A stretch of 63,414 nt of DNA, the filler included. It is 8 parts of 8 records of this genome, joined end to end, with 100 filler letters (N's around TTAATTAATTAA, not from the genome) between each part and the next. Parts side by side here need not be neighbours in the genome. Positions count along the whole stretch, not along the records: positions 12,827 to 20,421 come from SRR31156797_14433; positions 20,522 to 28,995 come from SRR31156797_14441; 6 more parts are not named here. One strand, given 5' to 3'. Positions 18,500 through 27,128 of this stretch are shown in pieces (the stretch's first letter is position 1; every line of letters begins with the position of its first letter). The notes under the pieces are model-generated. The model was not told where the DNA came from, ran no database searches, and saw nothing but the letters and a program-made list of their open reading frames with translations. Both the position numbers and the translations under genes were made by a program.

Positions 18500-18783
18500 A
18501 TGACGGCACCAGATATGTCTAAAATTACCGGGAATTCTACTGTTTTTAACCAGAAATCTCATCATAAGAGCTCCCTGGAGGATGGTGTTGTAACCATTAC
18601 ATCGGACAGCACCGTTACCTATTCCAATGAGAACTGGAGGGAGTTTGCCCAAAACTTTAGCCTTTGCCTTTCAAAAATGATAGTGGAAATGCATGGCGGG
18701 AATATGTGGTTGAAAGCAACCCCGGAGAAGGCAGCACTTTTGCATTTGCCATACCACTGAATACTGAACTGAATAATCGATGA
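18500..18783 (+). pseudogene. Collapsed PAS histidine kinase remnant
   Basis: Start of a PAS domain joined to the end of an HATPase_c (SKMIVEMHGGNMW / frameshift / ESNPGEGSTFAFAIP). Confidence 0.7.
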
Positions 18784-19114
18784 TATTGAAAAACTTGATA
18801 TCATTGTTGTCAAACACAAGATCGAAATCCCACGGCCAGACAGCAAAGGCAATTGCAAAATCGTTTTCCTGTAATTCAGTCTCTGAACAATGATAGGACC
18901 ATTGGTATTGAGTCTCGAAATCCCGGCCACCTCCAAAGAAAATTCACCCCCAAAGCACGATCTTTATTTGTATATGAATAGTAGCCATATTATCCACTGG
19001 AAATAAAAGAATATTAAGATCCTGTAACCTCAATAAACCATGACACATATTATTATATAATAAAATGATATTTATATATAAAATATCAAATACATAGTTA
19101 AAAAGAGCAGTTGT

Positions 19115-20421
19115 ATGAATGTCGAAATGTTAATTTCCCTGGTGAACAATGCGGCTTTACTGCTTGCATTAGGTGTTATGTACGATGTTCTTTTTTTCAG
19201 TGAGGGCATAAACACCCGCCTAAAGAATGTATTTGCAGGTGTTGTCTTTGGTCTTATAGGCATTGCCCTGATGCTGAATCCATGGGAGCTTACTCCTGGT
19301 TTGTTCTTTGATACACGTTCCATTCTGTTGGGTACTGTCGGTCTATTCTTTGGATTCATTCCTGCTGTTATAGGAGGAATCATAGTTGCATCATTCCGCC
19401 TCTACCAGGGTGGTGTTGGAGCAATTCCAGGAGTTTTGACTATTATTTCCTCAGTGACGATTGGACTTCTGTGGAGAAAATTCTATGAAAGTCTTCATAG
19501 GTATTTTGGCAGGTTCGATCTCTATTTCTTTGGTATTCTGCTTCACATTGTCATGCTCCTCTGTATGCTGTCGCTTCCATGGCCTCATGCATTCGAAGTT
19601 GTCAGACAGGTTGGTCCCCCGGTAATGCTGATATTTCCGGTTGGAACCTTTCTGCTGGGAAGCATGCTTAAAAACCAGATATCACGTAAAGGAATGCAAG
19701 ATGCTGTAAAAGAGAATGAGATAAAGCTCCAGGAATTCATAGATAATGTCCCAATCGGAATGTTCCGTACAAATGCTAATGGAAAAGCTCTTCATGCAAA
19801 TCCGGAAATGGTCCGGATCCTCGGCAGGAAAGACAAAGAAGAAGCTATCAATTATATGCAGGACGTGGGAGAACAATTGTATGTCAATCAGGGACGGCGC
19901 AAAGAACTACTAAGCATTTTTCAGAAACAAGATCATGTTGAGAATTTTGAATTTGAGGCTTTAAGCGCAGATGGAAAGCATATCTGGTTAATGATCAATG
20001 CCAGGTCAACTGCCGTACCGGGTGATGATACATTTGTAATAGATGGGTTTGTCCTTGATATCACAAAACGCAAAAAAGCAGAAGAAGCGTTAAAACAAAC
20101 AGAATGGAAGTATCGACAGGCACACAATATCCTGCAAAAAGTAATTGAAAGTCCAAAAAATGTTGTCATATTTGCCCTTGACAGAGATTACCGATACATT
20201 GCATTCAATAAGAACCATCAAATGACAATGGAAAACATCTGGGATGCAAATATCGAAGTTGGTGTCAGTATGCTCACTTACATCAAAGAACCTTTAGACA
20301 GGGAAAAGGCAAAAGTAAATTTTGACAGGGCACTGACAGGTGAAGCTTTCGCCACTATTGAGGAATACGGTGATTCAGTATTCGAAAGACTGTGGTATGA
20401 GAATGTGTACAGTCCTCTTGA
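19115..20421 (+). CDS. 5TM-5TMR_LYT (LytS/YhcK) plus PAS sensor protein, 3' truncated
   Basis: LVNNAALLLAL, PGLFFDTRS, FRLYQGGVG followed by PAS/PAC (DITKRKKAEE). Confidence 0.85.
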
Positions 20422-20521
20422 NNNNNNNNNNNNNNNNNNNNNNNNNNNNNNNNNNNNNNNNNNNNTTAATTAATTAANNNNNNNNNNNNNNNNNNNNNNN
20501 NNNNNNNNNNNNNNNNNNNNN
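20422..20521. other. Artificial contig spacer
   Basis: N44-TTAATTAATTAA-N44. Confidence 0.99.
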
Positions 20522-20523
20522 AA

Positions 20524-22752
20524 ACTAGTGAAGATATTTTAGAAGTTTTAGCAATTCATGATAATTATATTGAGATAAATACACAACATCAAACGCTATA
20601 TGCAATAGAATTAAGTGGCAATGATACTATAGAACAGCCTCTTACACAACTTACAATTGACAATTTATATGAATTTGCTTCTAAAAATACAAGAGGCTAT
20701 TTTTTTCAAGCAATTTATAAAGATAAAAACTATCAAAAACAATATATCTTTTCTTACTCTTTAGATGTTATAGAAATTATTGCTAAAACACTTGATATTG
20801 AATTATTAAAAGGAAATGAAATTGTTGATGTTCTCTTTGATTTATTTCTTGATAATTCATTTTATTTACAAGATAAACAAATTCATAGACAGTTAAATAT
20901 CAGTGAAGACACAACTGTTTCTTATCAACCTATTAAATCAACTTTTAATAAAGTTCTAAAAAACAATGTATATCAAAATTTAAACTCAGTTGATGTCTAT
21001 ACTGGGGTTAAAATAAAAAACTCAACACAAAATATAAACTATAACTCATTATATGAACTTGATTTTACAGGCGTAATTTGGGGATACTATGATTTTAACA
21101 GAGATAGGTCACTAAAATATGCTCAAAACTTACTAGATCAAAGAAAGTTCTATGGAGGGAAAGAACCTTTTCAAGACTATTTAGAAAATATTGAAAAAGG
21201 TGTAGAAAAAGTTATAACAGTAAATTTTGAGCTACTTGCAAAAAAAATGTCTATTAGTACTTTAAATAAAATCTCTGAGATATTATCAATAAACTTTGTT
21301 CCAAAAAAAAATAGACTGTCAAGCTCCATTGGTAAAACTCAGTTAAAATATAGAGACACTAGGTTTGACTTACCAACAAATATTTCATTTTTACATAATA
21401 GAATTAGTCCTGTACATAAAAAAGCATCTAAGTCTCCTGACTTTTTTGGGCAAGATGCAAAAAAAGCACATATTAATTTTTCATTTTCTGCAGATAATGA
21501 TAATCCTCACTCTTTAATAGTTGCTCCTACAGGAAGTGGTAAATCCGTTGCAAAACAAAAAATATTATCCCAAATGATAGAAATAGACTTTAAAACAGGC
21601 TACGCCTCAAAACTTGGTTTAAATAGCTTTCAATATGGTATTAGAAACTTTGATATAGGAGAAAGTGATAAGCCTACCTTTACTTTATTATCAAAAAACC
21701 CTAAAAATTCTGTAGGGGAAGTAAAAGGAAGATTAAAAGACTTCTCTTTTAACCTTCTAAACTTTGAATTAGATGAAAGAGGTGAGCCTATAGTTGAAGA
21801 TATTCAATTCTCTTCAGACCTCATCTCAATGATTTTAGAAAGCCAAAGTAGTGATTTAAGTGAGAATGTAGGACTGAATATTCAAGAGATAGGAAAGTTT
21901 AAAGAAATAGTTAGACACATATATCAAACTGGAGATTTTCAAGAGTTTAAGGTAAGAAAATTAAAAGATAAAAGAAAAGAACTTTACGAAGAATTACTTT
22001 CTTTAGGATATGCCGATAATACAAAACTAAAAGACATAAAAGAAGACAAATACTCTCATCTTAAAGTACCTATTTTAAATGATGTCATTAAGATTGCAAA
22101 CATCAAAAAGACAAACCAGCAAATTAGTGAAAAAGAAAGAGAAGGATATAGTAATCTTTATGAAAAACTATCGGATGTAGATAGTTTAGAATATTTTAGT
22201 GACTATGATAATTTAAAAATAACTGATACGGCCTACATTTATGCTGAATTAAATAATATAAAAGAAAGTAGCCTCTTTGTTCCAATGTTTTTTGGAATAT
22301 TCTGGAAAGCCTATATAAAAGATAGAAACCGTGCACTTTTATATAAATCTCAAGGTAAAGTACTACCAAAATTAATGTATGTAATAGAAGAAGCATCAAA
22401 CTACTTTAGATTTAAAACATTTCAAACAATGTTTGAAAAGTTAGTGTATGAAGCAAGAAAATATAATATTCATATGATGTTTGTAATACAAAATGTTGAA
22501 GAAATACCATATACCATATTTAAAAATATCAATACTAGAATTTTTCTTTTTCCTCCCGACCAGAAGGAAGATATCATATCTTTTATCGCAGATAGATTTA
22601 AAGCACCTAAAAAAGTTATCACAACTATGAATAAATCAAAACAATACAATCTAATAATTTGGTATAACAGAGGTGTTATAAATATGGAGTTAGTTTATGA
22701 TAAAGAAGAGATCAGTCATTTTACAACTAATCCAAATGAACAAAAGAAATAA
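20524..22752 (+). CDS. VirB4/TraC-like type IV secretion ATPase (5' truncated)
   Basis: Frame is open from the contig start (TSEDILEVLAIHDNY...) into the tracked ORF; Walker A APTGSGKS, Walker B YVIEEAS, ARKYN..FVIQ motif. Confidence 0.75.
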   Translation, partial: TSEDILEVLAIHDNYIEINTQHQTLYAIELSGNDTIEQPLTQLTIDNLYEFASKNTRGYFFQAIYKDKNYQKQYIFSYSLDVIEIIAKTLDIELLKGNEIVDVLFDLFLDNSFYLQDKQIHRQLNISEDTTVSYQPIKSTFNKVLKNNVYQNLNSVDVYTGVKIKNSTQNINYNSLYELDFTGVIWGYYDFNRDRSLKYAQNLLDQRKFYGGKEPFQDYLENIEKGVEKVITVNFELLAKKMSISTLNKISEILSINFVPKKNRLSSSIGKTQLKYRDTRFDLPTNISFLHNRISPVHKKASKSPDFFGQDAKKAHINFSFSADNDNPHSLIVAPTGSGKSVAKQKILSQMIEIDFKTGYASKLGLNSFQYGIRNFDIGESDKPTFTLLSKNPKNSVGEVKGRLKDFSFNLLNFELDERGEPIVEDIQFSSDLISMILESQSSDLSENVGLNIQEIGKFKEIVRHIYQTGDFQEFKVRKLKDKRKELYEELLSLGYADNTKLKDIKEDKYSHLKVPILNDVIKIANIKKTNQQISEKEREGYSNLYEKLSDVDSLEYFSDYDNLKITDTAYIYAELNNIKESSLFVPMFFGIFWKAYIKDRNRALLYKSQGKVLPKLMYVIEEASNYFRFKTFQTMFEKLVYEARKYNIHMMFVIQNVEEIPYTIFKNINTRIFLFPPDQKEDIISFIADRFKAPKKVITTMNKSKQYNLIIWYNRGVINMELVYDKEEISHFTTNPNEQKK

Positions 22753-22831
22753 ATATATTTTCCCATTATTTAAGTATTATTTTATTATTTATTTATTATT
22801 ATTTTAATTATATTTCTCTGAGGTGACTTTT

Positions 22832-23461
22832 TTGGAAGGTAGTAAACTTATTGTTTTTAGTACATTTATTGGGCTTGTTGCATTTGCATTTACAACAATT
22901 CCTTTTACAGCAGCAATTGTAGGAGGAATAACAAAGGACAAACAAAATAATAATGACAAAAATATAATTGCTATCTTAATAAAAGCATTTTCATGGCATG
23001 CCATTGCTGTTATTATTCTGATAATGATATTTTCAATGTTAGATATTTTCTTAAATAATATTGAACCTAACTTCATTAAAGAGAAGTGTATGCAAGCTAT
23101 TTTTTGGGCTGCGGAAGATAAAAATGCAGTTATGCTTAATGCATCTGCAACAAGTGGAGAATATCAATCAGATGGAGCATATTCATTTTTACTCACAACT
23201 TATAAAGTAATTAAAATATTTCATGGAGTACTACCCCTTCTAGTATTTATTCTTGCTCTATATATAGGATATGAGGTAAATAAAAATAAGCAAACAAATA
23301 GTGCTTTTAGTACATTGTTTAGTCTTATTATGTATTCAGTTGTTGGTTTGTTTATGTATTCTGCATGGATTTTTCTTGCAGATATTGGAATGTATCTTCC
23401 TCAAGGAGAAAATCTCCTTAGTCTAAAAAACAATTTTTGGAAAGAAATATTTTTGAATTAA
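22832..23461 (+). CDS. Multi-TM membrane protein of the T4SS-like locus
   Basis: About four TM helices; TTG start 6 nt after GAGGTG is preferred over GTG at 22823. Confidence 0.7.
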   Translation: MEGSKLIVFSTFIGLVAFAFTTIPFTAAIVGGITKDKQNNNDKNIIAILIKAFSWHAIAVIILIMIFSMLDIFLNNIEPNFIKEKCMQAIFWAAEDKNAVMLNASATSGEYQSDGAYSFLLTTYKVIKIFHGVLPLLVFILALYIGYEVNKNKQTNSAFSTLFSLIMYSVVGLFMYSAWIFLADIGMYLPQGENLLSLKNNFWKEIFLN

Positions 23462-23494
23462 TTTATATTAATTAATTTTTATAAAAGGAAAAAA

Positions 23495-23893
23495 ATTAGA
23501 TTAGTAATTTTATTAGCACTAATTGGATTTAGTTTTGCACTAAATGCAGATAGTGACTTTAAAGAGTTTGATAATGTTGTATCAGAAGCTGATACTAGTG
23601 CAAAAGCTGCTATTGGAGTGTTTGGAAAATGGTTCATTGGACTTTTACCACTAATTGGTCTAGCAGTAGGTATTTTTGGAGGGATGAAGTATCTTAGAAA
23701 ACATTCAAATGGTCAAGAAGAAAATTTTGCAAAAGAGCTTGGATACGGTGGAGTAGGTGCATTTATTGGTCTTTTAGTGGCTATTTTATTTATCTCTGCA
23801 ATTGGGACAGGACTAATGGGAGACTCAGCACTTGGGTTTGAAGTTCTAACAACATTCTGGAAAGGTATTTTTGGAGTAGGAGCTAGTACATAA
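23495..23893 (+). CDS. Pilin-like (VirB2/TrbC-type) protein with probable ATT start
   Basis: AAAGGA RBS then in-frame ATT giving a signal peptide (RLVILLALIGFSFALNA) and two Gly-rich hydrophobic helices. Confidence 0.6.
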   Translation: MRLVILLALIGFSFALNADSDFKEFDNVVSEADTSAKAAIGVFGKWFIGLLPLIGLAVGIFGGMKYLRKHSNGQEENFAKELGYGGVGAFIGLLVAILFISAIGTGLMGDSALGFEVLTTFWKGIFGVGAST

Positions 23894-23916
23894 AAAGAGG
23901 GTTCCCCCCTCTTTTT
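23892..23916 (+). terminator. Intrinsic terminator/stabilising hairpin after the pilin-like gene
   Basis: AAAAAGAGGG-TTCCC-CCCTCTTTTT perfect inverted repeat. Confidence 0.75.
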
Positions 23917-23927
23917 AGAAAAAGCCT

Positions 23928-24308
23928 ATGAAAAAGTTATTATCTTTTTGTCTAACTTTGATTTTTTTATTGTATAGTACTCCTCTTATAGCTTGTTATG
24001 TTCCTTGTGATTCATATGCAATGCAAAAGTCAAATGAAGCCCAACTAGAAATAGGTATAGCCTATACTAATCTAGATAATAAAATTTTAGAAAGTGAAAA
24101 TGCATACAAAGAATACTTATCTTCACTTGAAAAACAAAATGAACTATTAGAAAAAATCACAAAAGCAAGAAAACTAAATACTCAAAATATGAAAAGAGTA
24201 AACTTTTTATTAAAGAAAATCATTGAAAATAAAAATATTACTATTGATACAGAAATTCTAAATGCATTAAAAAAGTTAAATAAACAAATTATCTACAAGG
24301 AAAAGTGA
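23928..24308 (+). CDS. Small secreted helical protein, paralog 1 (CxxxC)
   Basis: Signal peptide, CYVPC, C-terminal FLLKK...IDTE. Confidence 0.8.
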   Translation: MKKLLSFCLTLIFLLYSTPLIACYVPCDSYAMQKSNEAQLEIGIAYTNLDNKILESENAYKEYLSSLEKQNELLEKITKARKLNTQNMKRVNFLLKKIIENKNITIDTEILNALKKLNKQIIYKEK

Positions 24309-25390
24309 TGAAAAGACTGATTATCCCTACTTTAATAACAACTTCTTTATTCAGTGCGGATTTAGGAGATTTTATATCAGGACTTTTTGATGACAATGAT
24401 GTTTCAAAATCTATTGGTATGTGCTACGAGTCAAATATTAATGCTTCTTTAAACTTCAATGGATTATGTGATGCCTTAAACTTTCAAATTAATGAAAGCC
24501 TTGATATCTGTGCTTATGCTCCTGATATTCCAGGTTTAAAGAAAAAAAGTAGTTCTCAATCCCTAGGTTTTAGTACTAGCGCACTACAAAACTACTGTAG
24601 TAAAAGCATAGATGAAAAGATGGAGTCTGTTACATCTTTAGGTGAAATTTGGTCAGTTGAAAATAATGAAAAAGAAGACTCTACTTATCCAAGTGGAGAT
24701 ACAAGAGAAGATTTCTACAGAGGAAATCAACCTGTACTTGATTTAGATAAATTAAATAAAAAACAAAATGAGAGTATTGCAGCAATGTATAATTCCTCTA
24801 AAGAACCATATCATCAACAAACAGCAAAATACTTGATAAACTTAGCAAAACTAAAAAAAGTAAATGATGTAACTGAAATCTCAACATCAGACGTAAAAGT
24901 AGCAAAAGATATGATTGCATTTGACGACCAAGTAAAAGAGTTAAGTGCAACAGTTACTTCTGACATAAAACTATCTTCTGCAAACTCTATTTCTTCTACT
25001 CTTTCAAGTAAACTAAGTAACTATAATACTTCAAGTGGACAAAGTTCTGAAAATCAAAAAGCAAACCAACATGCAGACAAAGTAAAAAAAGCAATTGAAG
25101 CAAGTGCAAAAAACAAAAAAGGACTATATAAAGAACTATTAACAGAAGATGATGATTTAGCAATACCTACACAACAGACCCTAGAACTTTATAAAGAAAA
25201 TGTTCGACCTAAATATGCAATGATTATAAGACGACAACAAGCAAGAGCATCTTATATTAATGCTTTAATCGATACAGAGACACAAATAAAACAAGATATA
25301 GTAGACCTAACTGCAAAAAAAGCTGTGATAATGAAATATCAATTTGATGCAGATGCAGCAATGGATGAAATAGATTCTTTTGTGGATTAG
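24305..25390 (+). CDS. Secreted Cys-containing protein of the T4SS-like locus
   Basis: Signal peptide (SLFSA), four N-terminal Cys, helical C-terminus. Confidence 0.8.
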   Translation: MMKRLIIPTLITTSLFSADLGDFISGLFDDNDVSKSIGMCYESNINASLNFNGLCDALNFQINESLDICAYAPDIPGLKKKSSSQSLGFSTSALQNYCSKSIDEKMESVTSLGEIWSVENNEKEDSTYPSGDTREDFYRGNQPVLDLDKLNKKQNESIAAMYNSSKEPYHQQTAKYLINLAKLKKVNDVTEISTSDVKVAKDMIAFDDQVKELSATVTSDIKLSSANSISSTLSSKLSNYNTSSGQSSENQKANQHADKVKKAIEASAKNKKGLYKELLTEDDDLAIPTQQTLELYKENVRPKYAMIIRRQQARASYINALIDTETQIKQDIVDLTAKKAVIMKYQFDADAAMDEIDSFVD

Positions 25391-25393
25391 AAA

Positions 25394-25759
25394 ATGAAAT
25401 CTTTAATTTTACTATTATTAACTAATTACTCATTATTTGCTGCTTATTGCCCCTATGGTTGCTTAGATAGCTCTACAGAAAGTATCTACACTGAACAAGG
25501 ACAAAAGAACTATGACACAAATGATGAAATGATGTTGAATTCTTTTTTAGATATTGCCAATAAAATGAAAGATTACTACCAAGATTTTGAGAATAAAAGT
25601 TCAAAAATGATTGAAGACGGAGCTAAAGTTCAATATTTAGAAAATGTAACTTCTTCTGAAGTTGTTCTTGAATTAACAAAAGGAAATCAACTAAAAGCCT
25701 TAGAAATAGACTCTAAAGCTGTAAAAACGCAGCAAAACAATAAAAGTACCATAAAATGA
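25394..25759 (+). CDS. Small secreted helical protein, paralog 2 (CxxxC)
   Basis: Signal peptide, CPYGC, C-terminal LELTK...IDSK. Confidence 0.8.
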   Translation: MKSLILLLLTNYSLFAAYCPYGCLDSSTESIYTEQGQKNYDTNDEMMLNSFLDIANKMKDYYQDFENKSSKMIEDGAKVQYLENVTSSEVVLELTKGNQLKALEIDSKAVKTQQNNKSTIK

Positions 25760-26115
25760 TATTAAAAATCTTTGCTTTAGTATTTATTCTTATGTTAAAT
25801 ATAAATGCCATGCCAAATGTGATTGATGATTATGAAGAGGTAGATGTTCCTGAAGCAGATGCAGATAAGATGAAAGATAGTCTTTCTCCAACAAAAGATA
25901 TATTAGAAAAAGCAGATGAAATATATGAAAATGAACAAAAAGATTTTGAAGCAACAGTTAAGATTATAAAATATAGAAACCTCAAAAGTAAAAATCATAA
26001 TTTTTTGATTGAAAAAAAGATTATTCTTGAAGATATTTTGTCAGATACAAAAAGTCTTGATAAAAAAACACAAACAAAAGATAGTATAAATTTAAAAAGA
26101 GCCAACAATGATTAA
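25756..26115 (+). CDS. Small secreted helical protein, paralog 3
   Basis: Signal peptide, FLIEK...SDTK; ATGA overlap with the upstream gene. Confidence 0.75.
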   Translation: MILKIFALVFILMLNINAMPNVIDDYEEVDVPEADADKMKDSLSPTKDILEKADEIYENEQKDFEATVKIIKYRNLKSKNHNFLIEKKIILEDILSDTKSLDKKTQTKDSINLKRANND

Positions 26116-26479
26116 AATAAATATAATAAAACCTATTTTTATAACGAGCTTACTTTCTATACATTTATACGCAGATTATAGCTTATTAGCTCCTTCTGTC
26201 CCTGCTCCACTTATGCAACTAAACCTTTATGTAGGAACAAGAAGTAGCCAAGTACAAGCAAAGCTTAAAAGTATGGAAAATGGTGTTATCCAAGATATTC
26301 AAGAAGAAGTTGAAAAAAAAGAATACAACAACACAAGGTTAAGAAAGCTCTCTAAACTAGATTATATAACAAATGAAGAATATCTATTTTTACTAAAAAA
26401 AATAAATCAGCTAACAAGTAATTCTATAGACTCAGAAAATGCGACTACTACATCTAAAAAAATAATTCCTAAACAATAA
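26108..26479 (+). CDS. Small secreted helical protein, paralog 4
   Basis: Signal peptide, FLLKK...IDSE. Confidence 0.8.
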   Translation: MIKINIIKPIFITSLLSIHLYADYSLLAPSVPAPLMQLNLYVGTRSSQVQAKLKSMENGVIQDIQEEVEKKEYNNTRLRKLSKLDYITNEEYLFLLKKINQLTSNSIDSENATTTSKKIIPKQ

Positions 26480-26493
26480 AAGGATACTACAAT

Positions 26494-27120
26494 ATGCAAG
26501 AAAATCAAGAAACTATGCTATTTGAAATAGAAGATAAAGGATATATTATTTTTAAATTATATATGACAATTTTTATCTTATGTTTTTTTTTACTTCTCTA
26601 TGCTTGGAATGATTTTAGTTTATCAAATATAATGGATGGTGGTAGAATGGGTCGTTTGGCTGTATATATTAGTCTACCTTTTTTCATATATCAATTATTT
26701 TTCATAATTATTTATAGTTTCAAAAAAGAAAAAAGAAAAATTAAATTTTATAAAAGTCATATTTTATTAGAAAGTTTAAATTATAAAATTATGATTAATA
26801 ATATTAAAAACTTATATATTATTGAGTCAAACTCTTCAACTGGAAAAGTAATTGGTCAAAATAAGTTTTTAATATTAATTTTGGCTCCACTTTTTTTATT
26901 TTCATTTTTTTGTTCCATATTAACTTTATATATTATTACTAAAAAAATTAAAGTAGACAACTTTTTATTTATTATGAATAATGGAGATAAACTGTCAAGC
27001 ATCGCTTATAATTCATTAAATGAGACTGATAGAAAAAAAGTCAAGTTATATTTTGAAAAATATGTAAATCAAAATATTGATGATCTTCCAAAAAGATTAA
27101 TACTAATACCTATTAAATAA
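26494..27120 (+). CDS. Three-TM membrane protein (candidate immunity protein)
   Basis: AAGGA RBS, three hydrophobic helices, extremely AT-rich codons. Confidence 0.75.
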   Translation: MQENQETMLFEIEDKGYIIFKLYMTIFILCFFLLLYAWNDFSLSNIMDGGRMGRLAVYISLPFFIYQLFFIIIYSFKKEKRKIKFYKSHILLESLNYKIMINNIKNLYIIESNSSTGKVIGQNKFLILILAPLFLFSFFCSILTLYIITKKIKVDNFLFIMNNGDKLSSIAYNSLNETDRKKVKLYFEKYVNQNIDDLPKRLILIPIK

Positions 27121-27128
27121 AGGCATCC

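Noticed and set aside
20522-21246. Apparently ORF-free AT-rich stretch suggesting ncRNA or an alternative genetic code
   Set aside because: It is the open 5' part of the VirB4-like frame lacking a start codon; the standard code reads through
22753-22820. TTA/TATT-rich low-complexity intergenic tract
   Set aside because: No regular period; expected in very AT-rich DNA
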